Source: Myxococcota bacterium
GTDB lineage: Bacteria; Myxococcota_A; UBA796; SXON01
NCBI GenBank assembly: GCA_040386535.1
Contig: JAZKFH010000003.1
Span: 32,001 to 96,000, forward strand
DNA length: 64,000 nt
Direction: 5' to 3'
Shown here: positions 19,892-29,090 of the stretch, in pieces
Position numbering within the stretch: position 1 is the first letter of the stretch
Layout of the letters: each line of letters opens with the position of its first letter
Program-made: the position numbers and the translations under genes
Notes under the pieces: generated by a model
The model's input: only the letters and a program-made list of their open reading frames with translations
What the model was told of the DNA's origin: nothing
The model's database searches: none

Positions 19892-21664
19892 ATGCCGGTC
19901 AAGACCCCCCGCGCGGACCACACTGCCAACCTCAACCGCCTGGTGGCGCTCTTCGGGCGGCTCGACGAGCGGCGCGGGCGCACCGCGGCCGTGGAGAAGG
20001 CCCTGGCCCCGCTGCGAGGGCCCGGCGGGCTCGTGGTGGAGGGAGAGCTTCGTTACGCCGAGCAGCTCACCACCACCTTCGAGCAGGCGCGCGCCTTGTT
20101 CGCGGAGCTCGTGGCGGACCCGGGCGCGCTGACCACCGAGAAGCTCGACACGCTCGACGAAACGCTCGACGCGCCGATTTGGGAGGTGACCGAGCAGGTG
20201 TGTGACGGGCTCGCCCGCAAGGCCGAGCGGCGGGACACCGTCACGAAGCGCTACGACGATCTCTTGCGCCAGGCGCGCAGCCGCCAGACCCTCGCGCGGG
20301 AGGCGATCGAGCGGGCGCGGGAGGTCCGTGCGCCGCTGGTGCGCGAGGTGTCGTGGTTGCGGGGCGCGGAGAGCCTCCTCGCACAAGCGTTCGGCGCGCT
20401 GGAGAACCGCCAGCTGGTGCGGGTCGTCCAGCCGCTGGCGCGCCTCCAGGAGGAGGAGCGGGTCGAGACGGACCTGCTCGGCAAGGTCAACGGCAAGTAC
20501 GACCTGGCGCGCCCGCTGAGCCGCCAGCTCGAGCTCCTCATCATGAAGTCCGCGCGGGACGCCCAGGGCCGGCTCCGGTACACCGTGCTGCTCCGCACCC
20601 CCAGTGAGCCCGGCACCCACGGGGTCAACATCCAGGGCACGAGCACGATCGTGCACCAGGACCGCACCCGCATCAGCGAGGCCATCGCGCGGCTGGCCCG
20701 CGGGGTGGGCGCGCAGGTGGTGCCGATCGAGAACGCCGGCGGCACCACCCGCTCGATGTTGCCGGTGCCCCGGGTGGCGCCCGGGCCCGCCGAGGCCGAT
20801 GTCGACGGGCTGCTGCGGGACCTGGGCGAGCTGATGTACCGGCTCCTGCTGCCCGACGCGATGCAGCGCTATTTGGAGGACGACGCCGCATCGGTCACGA
20901 TCACGACGAACGATCTCGAGCTCCCCTGGGAGCTGATGTACCTCGACGGCTACCTGTGCCTGAAGCGCCCGGTAGCGCGGATGCCGCTGGGAAATGCCTT
21001 CCCCCGGGGGGAGCGCGCCCCCACGCCGATGCGCGCGAAGATCAAGTTCGCCCTCATCTACTCCGACCCCACCGGCAACCTCCCCGGCGCCCGCCGCGAG
21101 GTCGAGCAGATCCGCGACAACCTCGCCAGCTTCGGGGACCAGATCGAGGTCACCGTGCTGGCCGCCGACACCGCGGGCGGCCTGGATCTGAACGAGGCGC
21201 TCCGCAACGGCAGCTACGATGTCATCCACTACGCCGGCCACGCGTGGTTCGACGAGGAGGATCCCGACCTGTCCGGGCTGGTGCTCGCCGAGGGGGAGGT
21301 CTTCTACGCGCAGAAGATCCGGCGCCTGAACGAGGGGCGCCCGCTCGTGTTCCTGAACGCGTGCTCCTCGGCGCGCATCCGGGAGGAGGTCCCCGGCGGC
21401 GTGTACGACCAGCTCCCCGCCGAGGGCCTCGCCTCGGCCTTCATCTACGGCGGCGCGCTCGCCTGCATCGGCTCCATCTGGCCCGTGCCCGACCGGCAGG
21501 CCGCCCAGCTGGCGACAGCGTTCTATCGCAACGTGCTCGACGGGCACATGATCGGCGAGGCCCTCCGCATGGCCCGCGCCGACCTGTTTCGGCAGAACCC
21601 CCGCGACCCGACCTGGGCGGGGTTCGTGCTCTATGGCAACCCGACGTTCACCCTCGTGGAGTGA
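19892..21664 (+). CDS. CHAT-domain protease with N-terminal helical region
   Basis: ELPWEL, DPTGNLPGARRE, IHYAGH, FLNACSS, GLASAF, IGSIWPV, WAGFVLYGNP. Confidence 0.9.
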   Translation: MPVKTPRADHTANLNRLVALFGRLDERRGRTAAVEKALAPLRGPGGLVVEGELRYAEQLTTTFEQARALFAELVADPGALTTEKLDTLDETLDAPIWEVTEQVCDGLARKAERRDTVTKRYDDLLRQARSRQTLAREAIERAREVRAPLVREVSWLRGAESLLAQAFGALENRQLVRVVQPLARLQEEERVETDLLGKVNGKYDLARPLSRQLELLIMKSARDAQGRLRYTVLLRTPSEPGTHGVNIQGTSTIVHQDRTRISEAIARLARGVGAQVVPIENAGGTTRSMLPVPRVAPGPAEADVDGLLRDLGELMYRLLLPDAMQRYLEDDAASVTITTNDLELPWELMYLDGYLCLKRPVARMPLGNAFPRGERAPTPMRAKIKFALIYSDPTGNLPGARREVEQIRDNLASFGDQIEVTVLAADTAGGLDLNEALRNGSYDVIHYAGHAWFDEEDPDLSGLVLAEGEVFYAQKIRRLNEGRPLVFLNACSSARIREEVPGGVYDQLPAEGLASAFIYGGALACIGSIWPVPDRQAAQLATAFYRNVLDGHMIGEALRMARADLFRQNPRDPTWAGFVLYGNPTFTLVE

Positions 21665-21679
21665 GGCCGCGTCGGGCTC

Positions 21680-23626
21680 TCAGGCGCTCGTCAGGGTGCG
21701 CGTGTCCCCGAACGGGTCGGCTTCCAGCATCGAGGAGTCGTACATCAACACGGAGGCGACGCGGGCGGTCCACCGCTCGGGTGACGCCGCGGGCAGCATG
21801 CCCCGTGTCGGGTCGCGGAAGGTCGCGGGGAGCTCGTAGGAGCGGAACGTGGTGTCCGGCCGGGAGGTGCCGACGACCACGAGGCGATCGATGCCCACCG
21901 ACCGACCGGGCGCGACCCCCGCCACGAACTTGTCGCCCACCACCTCGCCGAGCCACACGATCTGCGTGGAGCGCGCCGGGATGCGGATCGCGTCCGCCAG
22001 GATCTCGACGGCGCCGGCCATCGAGCAGTTCAGCACGCCGACGGTGAGCGCCTGGGCGCTGCGGTTGGTCAGCTCGACCACGAACTCGGTGCCGACGTCG
22101 AGCCGCCACCCGAAGCCCCCGCTGGGATCGGGCGGGAGGTGCGCCCCGCCGGTGGGATCGGCGCCGGTCCGGAGCCGCACGTCGAGGGCGCCGGGCAGGT
22201 CCGTCGCGCGTTGGGCCAGCCGCAGCGGGCGGCGCCACTTCCGGGCGTGGTCGAGCGCGTCGACGATGTCGGCGTGATCGTCCAACGCGAGCTCCATGAG
22301 CGCCTCGGTGAGCTCCGACTCGATCGCGGGGTCGGAGATCTCGACCCGGTCCGGCGTCGTGACGCGGAGATCGAGATCGGCGTCGGCGTCGGTGGGCTCG
22401 ACCAGGGTGAGCCAGGGCTCGGCGGCGAGGGCAGCCCGCAGCGGCGCGTCGTCCGCGAACAGGCGGACGCGGAGCCGATCGTCGGCGCCGGGCACCACGA
22501 TCCGCGCCCGCACGATGTCGGAGAGCACCGTGCTGCCCACGGGATCGAAGAGCTGGGCACGGGCGGTGGCGCGGTCGGCGCTGACGACACGGACCCGCCC
22601 GATCCGCGCGGCGAGGTCGGTGGGGCCGCCCAGGGTCCCGAAACGTGCGGGTGCGTCGACCGGGTAGAGCGCCAGCTCCGTGCCGACGGTGGCGCCGCCG
22701 AGCGTGCCGACGTCGAGCGCCCACAGGTTCCCCGCGCGGGTGGCGGAGATGCCGGGCTCGACCCCCGCGGACGCGCCGCCGAGGATCGGCCGATCGAGCC
22801 GGCCGAGGAACACGGGGTTCTGGTCGGCCACCGCGCCCACCACATTCGCCTGGATCCGGCTCCACACGTGCGCCCAGGTGACGGCGTCGAGGTCGGGCTC
22901 GGTCTTCAGGCGCGACAAGAGCGACCAGGTCAGCGCCCCGCGCCGGCCCTCCGGCGGAAACGCGCGCTCCTTCGCGGTCTGATCGGCCTGGCAGGCGGCG
23001 ATGACGTTGAAGGGGGCGCCCGCGGCCCCGACCATCGCGAGGAGGCCGCGCTCCGCGCCCGCGTCGGGCATGTCGAGCGCGTCCTCCTCCGCGCCCGAGA
23101 GGATCAGGCCGCGCACGCTCGTCGGGACGGGCTCGAACGCGCGGGTCGCGCCGGCCGAGTTGCAGCAGTCGAGCACGACGGTGAGCGGCACGTGCCGCGC
23201 GATGCGGGCGAGCAGGCCGTTGAGCTCCACGTCCCAGAGGAACGGGATCGTCCCGCCGGGCCCGGCGGCTGCGTAGTCGGCGGGCACCAGTGCCTCGCGA
23301 CCCTGGTGGTCCGCGCGCCCGGCCACCTGCATGCCGTGCCCGGCGTACCACACGACCACGCGGTCGGGACGGGTGGCGGGCGCCGCCGCGAGCGTCGCGA
23401 CCGACGTGAGCGCGGCGCGGATGGCTTCGAGCGTCGCCGGGGTCTCGGGGACGTCGGTGGGGACGGAGCCGGCGTGGCGAGACACGAGCTTCCGGATGTC
23501 GGCCTTCGCCACCTTGCCGCTGGCGACGAGGAACGCCTCGACCGCGTCGATGTCCCGCGCGCACCCTTGCAGCGGCCTCACCTTGGTGTAGGCGTCGATC
23601 CCGATCAAAAGTGCGTGGGTGGTCAT
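21680..23626 (-). CDS. Caspase-family (peptidase C14) protein with C-terminal beta domains
   Basis: HALLIGIDAY, LQGCARD, WYAGHG, VLDCCNSAG, AACQADQTAKE, GALTWSL, QNP; upstream starts possible up to 23701. Confidence 0.92.
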   Translation of the reverse strand: MTTHALLIGIDAYTKVRPLQGCARDIDAVEAFLVASGKVAKADIRKLVSRHAGSVPTDVPETPATLEAIRAALTSVATLAAAPATRPDRVVVWYAGHGMQVAGRADHQGREALVPADYAAAGPGGTIPFLWDVELNGLLARIARHVPLTVVLDCCNSAGATRAFEPVPTSVRGLILSGAEEDALDMPDAGAERGLLAMVGAAGAPFNVIAACQADQTAKERAFPPEGRRGALTWSLLSRLKTEPDLDAVTWAHVWSRIQANVVGAVADQNPVFLGRLDRPILGGASAGVEPGISATRAGNLWALDVGTLGGATVGTELALYPVDAPARFGTLGGPTDLAARIGRVRVVSADRATARAQLFDPVGSTVLSDIVRARIVVPGADDRLRVRLFADDAPLRAALAAEPWLTLVEPTDADADLDLRVTTPDRVEISDPAIESELTEALMELALDDHADIVDALDHARKWRRPLRLAQRATDLPGALDVRLRTGADPTGGAHLPPDPSGGFGWRLDVGTEFVVELTNRSAQALTVGVLNCSMAGAVEILADAIRIPARSTQIVWLGEVVGDKFVAGVAPGRSVGIDRLVVVGTSRPDTTFRSYELPATFRDPTRGMLPAASPERWTARVASVLMYDSSMLEADPFGDTRTLTSA

Positions 23627-23788
23627 GCCGTGCTCCTCGAAGCGACGCGAGGAGTCTACCAGAACGGCCTCGTTCTCCATCGTCGGCCGGGGCCGCGGCA
23701 TGACGACGGCGCGCGTTCACGCCCGGTGAACACCCGGCCCGACGGCGGTGGTGTACGCTTCCCGCGTTTGCACGAGGATGGCTCGCAG

Positions 23789-24301
23789 ATGCCCACCGAC
23801 CCCACCCCGGCCCTCGCCCCCCTCGTGGTCCTCGCCGTGTTGGTCGGCGCCGGCGCCGCGGGAGGCCTGGCCCAGTCCCTCGCCCGGCTGCTCCCGAGCG
23901 ACGGCGCGTCACTGACCGCGGTGAAGCCCGGCGTGTGGGCAGATCTCGCCGTACGTGCCGGCGTGGGCGTCGGCGCCGCGCTGCTCATCCCGGTCCTGCC
24001 GCTCGACGTGAAAGGCGAGCTGCTCGGCTACGTCGCGTACGGCATCCTCGCCGGTTTTGCCGGCCCCGCCGTGCTCACCAACGCGGCCGCCCGCATCGGT
24101 GCGATGGCGTCCGAGCTGAAGGTGAAGCGCCTGGAGGACGGCCTCGCGCGCGCGGGCGACGCGATCGCCGACGTGGAGAGCGCTCTCACCCAGGCCGACC
24201 AGGACACCCGAGACCTGAACGCGCCGCCGTTCGACGCGGGGGCCGCGCGCGCCCGCCTGGCCGAGATCCGCGCCCAGCTCGAGCGCCTGCGCAGCCACTG
24301 A
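23789..24301 (+). CDS. Small three-TM membrane protein with C-terminal coiled coil (YLATT-like)
   Basis: GAGAAGGLAQ, GVGAALLIPVL, GILAGFAGPAVL TM segments followed by a heptad-like helix. Confidence 0.7.
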   Translation: MPTDPTPALAPLVVLAVLVGAGAAGGLAQSLARLLPSDGASLTAVKPGVWADLAVRAGVGVGAALLIPVLPLDVKGELLGYVAYGILAGFAGPAVLTNAAARIGAMASELKVKRLEDGLARAGDAIADVESALTQADQDTRDLNAPPFDAGAARARLAEIRAQLERLRSH

Positions 24302-24330
24302 TCCCCCTCCCCCGTACGTTGGAGCCCGCC

Positions 24331-27300
24331 GTGCCCACGCCTACCGCCACCCTCGTCTACCAGGGCTTCCACCACACCTGGGCGAAGATCCCCCACCGCG
24401 TGAGCCGCCTCGTGTCCGGGCTCGAGATCGACGAGCCCGCCCTGGACGAGCCCGCCCTGGACGCGCCCGACGCCCTCGTCGGCGGCACCGTCGCCGGGAT
24501 GAACTCGGGCGCCGACGGCGACGTCGCGCACCTCGTGACCTTCTACAGCGCGCTCGCCATCCCCGGCCTCCGCGTCCTGCACGGCGAGCTCCGGATCGAG
24601 GTGCCCGACGGGTGGGACGGCGCCATCGCGAAGGTGCTCCTCGACCCCGTGCCGCACGACTCCGGGCTCGCCGTGGGCCTGGGCGAGATCGGCGTCGTGC
24701 TGCTGCGCGGGTTCGACTGGGATCCGCGCCGGAAGGGCGCGGCGCGGGCCATCTGGCCCACCCGGATCGATCTTGGCGTGCGCGAGCGCGTGGTAGACGG
24801 GCGGCTCCACGTGGTCCCCCGCTTCCACGTCGAGCACCAGGACGCGCCCGACATCAAGGGGGCGCCGCGCACCCCGACGCTGCACCACGTCACCCTCCGC
24901 TACACCGCGCTCGTCGCGCCCGCGGCCCACCTGAGCGTGGTGGACGTGGCGGACCAGCTCCGCGTCCGGGACCGCCTGCTCGAGGACGGCGAGGGCTTCG
25001 CGAACGTGCAGCTGACGGGCCCACGGGGCCTCGCCCACGCGCTCTGCGCCACGAGCGGCCTCTCGTTCCGCATGGGCTCGCACGGGCCCGCCCCGCACGG
25101 CCGCTACTTCCAGGCGCTCGCCTGGGGCGTGGAAGATGGCGCGTGGGACGTCGTGACCGGCACGATGAACGTCGGACTGCGCGTCGGCGTGCGCGCCAAC
25201 AAGCTGGTGTGGCCCGCCCGGTACGACGCCGGGCTCGACGGCCGCCTGCTCGTGTTCGACGGCGCGCGGCTCGGCGGCACCGCGTCGACCGCGGCGCGGG
25301 TGCGGGTCGAGGGCTCGGTGGAGACGCCCCCGTTGGCCCGCCGACCCATCACGCTCACACTCCCGGCCGGAGCAGAGCCCGACCTGGTCGAGCAGATGGA
25401 CCGCGCCGGCCCCGAGTTGGAGGGCACGCGCGGGCTCGACGATCCCAGCGAGGGCGGCCTCCTCGTGCGTGACCCCGCCCCGCGTCGGGCCCCGCGTGGC
25501 GCGCGTTGCGGCGCCGCCCTCCGCGACTTCGACATCCCCTCCGGGCGCTCGCTCGCCGGCTACTCCAGTGACGGCGGCAAGGGTGGCAAGGGCGTCCGCC
25601 CCCTCCAGGTGCGCGCGCTCGTCCTCGAAGATGACGAGGGGCACGTGGTCGCGTTCGCGGCGGTCGAGCTCCATTCGGCCACACGGTACCTGCACGAGCG
25701 CGTCGCCGCGCTCACCCGGCGCGCGTCCTGCGGGCTCGACGTGCACCAGGTGGTCCTGCTCGGCACCCACACCCACAACGGGCCGGGCAACTTCTACGGC
25801 AACACGCTCTACGATTTGTTGTGTCAATCCAAGCCGGGCTTCGACAAGGCCTTCGCGGACGACCTGGCGGATGCCATCGCGGACGCGATCGACGCCGCGT
25901 GGCGCAGCGCCGTGCCCGCCACGCCCCGGGTCGACGTCGAGACCGTGTGGGGCGCCAGCCGCAACCGCAGCCTCGTCCCCTTCCAGGCCAACTCGGTCGC
26001 CGCGCGGTGGAACACCGAGTCCGGGCTCCCCGGCGCGCTCGACCCGGCGTCCTCGTCGGGCTCGCCCCAGCAGCGGGCCGTCGATCCGCGCGTGGTCGTG
26101 CTCTCCGCGTGGGACCGCGCGGGCCGCTGCATCGGCGCGATGGCGACGTTCGGTTGCCACAACACCGCGCTCGGCATCGGGCGCAAGGGCGAGCGCACCT
26201 ACTCTCCCGACTGGGCCGGCCTCGTGTCGAGCGCCGTCGAGGCCGCCCTCCCCGGCAACCCGCCCATCCTGATGGGCCTCTCCGGCTCGGGGGACGTGTC
26301 CCCGCTCCCGCCGAGCGACGAGGGCGCGCGGTACCTCGGTCCCAAATCACAAGGCCTCCTCCTCGCCCGGTTCGTGGCCGACAAGGTGGGGGCCGCCGTG
26401 CGCCGCGCCCTGCTGAAGGCGCCCACCACCTTCACCCCCGTGCGCCTGCGCAGCTGGTACGAGGATTGGGCCTCTGTCGGCGGGGCCGACGTCGAAGGCG
26501 TCCCCAACACCACCCTCGGCGCGTGGGACATCGGCGCCCCCTCGCTCGGCGGGGCCGACGACTACTACTCGGGCCTGCACCCCTGGGCCGCGCGCGAGGG
26601 AATGGTCGGCGACCACTACGCCGCCGCCGATCCGCAGTTCCCCAAGGCCCCCGCGCTGGGCGTGCTCGGCAACCTCGTGCGCGGCTTGCAGATCGCGCAG
26701 CCCGCCCCGGTCCACGGGCTCCACGTCGTGCTGATCGGGGATCACGCCTTCGCCACGGTCCCCGGCGAGCCCACCACTGTCGCGGCGTGGACCATCGAGC
26801 AGGCCGTCCGCGAGGCGACCGGCGCCGCGTCGGCCTCCGTCATCGGATACACGGCGGACTACGCCGGTTACTACACCACCCGCGCCGAGTACCGCTTCCA
26901 ACACTACGAGGGCGCCGCCACCCTCTACGGCCGCCACAGCGTGCCCCACCTCGCCGCGCGGCTCGCCCGGCTCGTCGAGACCCCGCCGTTCGTGGCCCCC
27001 GCCCGCACGATCCCCGCTTTCCCCTCCGCGGACACGCTCGAACGCGGCGGCATCCCGACGCCCGACCCCATCGCTTCGGGCACCCGTCGTGACGGCGCGA
27101 CGCTCTACGCGTGGTGGGCGTGGCACCCCGAGTTCGCCCCCTCCGAGCCGCCGATCGTGCTGCTCTACACCGCGGACGCGCCGCCGCGCCCCCCCGACGA
27201 CCTCGCCCGGCACGCGGTCGCGGTGGCCGGCGAGGACGCCGTCGTCTGGACCGCCGAGTTCCTGGACGAAGAGGGCGTCGACGGCGCCTGGCGGCGCATC

Positions 27301-28842
27301 ACGTGCGTGGTGCCGCCGCCGTTCACGGCCGTGGAGCTCGAGGTCGGCGAGGCGACGCGCGGCGACCTGTTCCTCACTCCCGAAGGCGCCGCGGGCGATC
27401 CCGAGCTCGACGCGCTCTACACCGCGCTCCGGGGCCTCCCCGAGGAGCGTTCACTCGAAGCGTTTGAGACCGACGCGGGCGCGCAACCCCTCGCCCGCTC
27501 CGACCTCGGCGAGCTCCACCGCCGCCTCGCGGTCGACCCCGCGGGGCTCGGGCGCCAGCTCCACGCCACCGTCGACGCGGTCACCGTCCTCGACGACGAC
27601 GCGGCCGCCGCGTTTGCCGTGCAGATGGTGGGCGAGATCGATGCCGCCTTCGCGGCCCCTGTGCTGGCGATCGCCGCGGTCGAGGCCGAGCGCGCGCCCG
27701 CCGACGAGGACACCCGCGGCCTGTTCGACAAGCGCCACGTCCCCGCGCTCCCCGCGAATTTCGATTTCGACGGCTACGACCCGCTCGCCATCCCCATCGA
27801 CCCCGCCGAGACCCGCTTCCAGACCAAGGAGGACACCCTCGCCTACCTGGTCCTCACGGGCGCCGGGTTCCATACTGGCGTGCTCAAGCTCGATCCCGAG
27901 CGCCACGCGCACGACTTCGACTCGCGCTTCACCTACCCCTTGCGCTCGCCCAAGCCCGGCGAACCCGTGGACATCGGGCTCTTCGGCGACTTCGCCAACG
28001 GCCTCGCCCATTCGCGCTACGTCGCCCGCCAGCTCGTCGGCCTCCCCTACGCCATCCACCTCGGCGACGTGTACTACAGCGGCCGCCAGGAGGAGTTCGA
28101 CGCCTACCTCGCCGGCCCGCTCGCCCCGCTGCTCCCCGACACCGAGCTGTTCCTCCTCGCGGGCAACCACGAGATGTACAGCCGCGGCCTGACCTTCCAC
28201 CGCTACCTCGACCAGAAGCGCGCGCGCTTTCCCGATGTCCAGAAACAGGAGGGCGCGAGCTTCCGGCTCCTCGGCGACAAGTTCCAGATCATCGGCCTCG
28301 ACACGGAGTGGTGGAAACACGGCCGTGTACGCCCCGAGATGGTCGAGCGCCTCGCCGGCTGGCTCCGCGAGGGCCGCCCCGACCGCATGAACATTTTGCT
28401 CACCTCCGAGCACGGCTACGACTACGGCTCCCCGGGCGTGAGCACCCTCCTCTCCCGCGACCTGAAGGACGTGCTCGCCGCCGGCCTGGTCGACCTCTGG
28501 TTCTGGGGCAACGTGCACCACGCGGCGCTCTACCGGCCCGGCGAATACGGCCCCTTCGCGGCCAGCTGTGTCGGGCACGCCGGCTACCCCTACTACACCC
28601 TCGACCCCGACGACCAGGACCGCTGCGCCGCGCCGCTCGAATGGGCGGAGTTCAAGTCACGCTTCTACGGCTTCGACGACACCGACGGCGCCCCGCTCCG
28701 CCCCGACGTTGGGAACAACGGCTGGTGCAAGCTCCGACTTCATGACGACGGGCATGCGGAGCTTGTGTATACGGATTGGCGCAAGGTCGAGCGGCATGTG
28801 GCGCACGTGACGCGGACTCCTGGGGGGGTCAAGGTGACGTAG
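24331..28842 (+). CDS. Multidomain protein: unknown N-terminal beta-rich domain + neutral/alkaline ceramidase + helical linker + calcineurin-like metallophosphoesterase
   Basis: Ceramidase motifs GTHTHNGPG, GDVSP, PGEPTT, GYYTT.AEY..QHYEGAATLYG; MPE motifs FGDFANG, HLGDVYYSG, GNHEMY, WFWGNVH; GTG start inferred. Confidence 0.85.
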   Translation: MPTPTATLVYQGFHHTWAKIPHRVSRLVSGLEIDEPALDEPALDAPDALVGGTVAGMNSGADGDVAHLVTFYSALAIPGLRVLHGELRIEVPDGWDGAIAKVLLDPVPHDSGLAVGLGEIGVVLLRGFDWDPRRKGAARAIWPTRIDLGVRERVVDGRLHVVPRFHVEHQDAPDIKGAPRTPTLHHVTLRYTALVAPAAHLSVVDVADQLRVRDRLLEDGEGFANVQLTGPRGLAHALCATSGLSFRMGSHGPAPHGRYFQALAWGVEDGAWDVVTGTMNVGLRVGVRANKLVWPARYDAGLDGRLLVFDGARLGGTASTAARVRVEGSVETPPLARRPITLTLPAGAEPDLVEQMDRAGPELEGTRGLDDPSEGGLLVRDPAPRRAPRGARCGAALRDFDIPSGRSLAGYSSDGGKGGKGVRPLQVRALVLEDDEGHVVAFAAVELHSATRYLHERVAALTRRASCGLDVHQVVLLGTHTHNGPGNFYGNTLYDLLCQSKPGFDKAFADDLADAIADAIDAAWRSAVPATPRVDVETVWGASRNRSLVPFQANSVAARWNTESGLPGALDPASSSGSPQQRAVDPRVVVLSAWDRAGRCIGAMATFGCHNTALGIGRKGERTYSPDWAGLVSSAVEAALPGNPPILMGLSGSGDVSPLPPSDEGARYLGPKSQGLLLARFVADKVGAAVRRALLKAPTTFTPVRLRSWYEDWASVGGADVEGVPNTTLGAWDIGAPSLGGADDYYSGLHPWAAREGMVGDHYAAADPQFPKAPALGVLGNLVRGLQIAQPAPVHGLHVVLIGDHAFATVPGEPTTVAAWTIEQAVREATGAASASVIGYTADYAGYYTTRAEYRFQHYEGAATLYGRHSVPHLAARLARLVETPPFVAPARTIPAFPSADTLERGGIPTPDPIASGTRRDGATLYAWWAWHPEFAPSEPPIVLLYTADAPPRPPDDLARHAVAVAGEDAVVWTAEFLDEEGVDGAWRRITCVVPPPFTAVELEVGEATRGDLFLTPEGAAGDPELDALYTALRGLPEERSLEAFETDAGAQPLARSDLGELHRRLAVDPAGLGRQLHATVDAVTVLDDDAAAAFAVQMVGEIDAAFAAPVLAIAAVEAERAPADEDTRGLFDKRHVPALPANFDFDGYDPLAIPIDPAETRFQTKEDTLAYLVLTGAGFHTGVLKLDPERHAHDFDSRFTYPLRSPKPGEPVDIGLFGDFANGLAHSRYVARQLVGLPYAIHLGDVYYSGRQEEFDAYLAGPLAPLLPDTELFLLAGNHEMYSRGLTFHRYLDQKRARFPDVQKQEGASFRLLGDKFQIIGLDTEWWKHGRVRPEMVERLAGWLREGRPDRMNILLTSEHGYDYGSPGVSTLLSRDLKDVLAAGLVDLWFWGNVHHAALYRPGEYGPFAASCVGHAGYPYYTLDPDDQDRCAAPLEWAEFKSRFYGFDDTDGAPLRPDVGNNGWCKLRLHDDGHAELVYTDWRKVERHVAHVTRTPGGVKVT

Positions 28843-29090
28843 GGGGTTGGTTGGCACGCGCGGCGCTGGTCGGCGCGCGGCGGGACCCATGGCCGACGGA
28901 ACCTCACGGGGGGCATGGGTGGGTCGGAGCGCGGGGTGCAGTAGCGCGACACCTCCTGGCACGCCCCGGAGGGGCGCGTTCTCACGTCACGCGCGCCGGA
29001 GGATCAACTCCTCGTCCGACCAAGCGCCCACGGGGAAGCGGCCCGGGCGTGCGACAACGCGGGCGAGCGATTCCTGCACATCCCACCCAC

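Noticed and set aside
28852..28867. Sigma54-like TGGCACG-N-GC element after the polyprotein gene
   Set aside because: Weak -12 element, points into a convergent gene end, and is likely by chance at this GC content.
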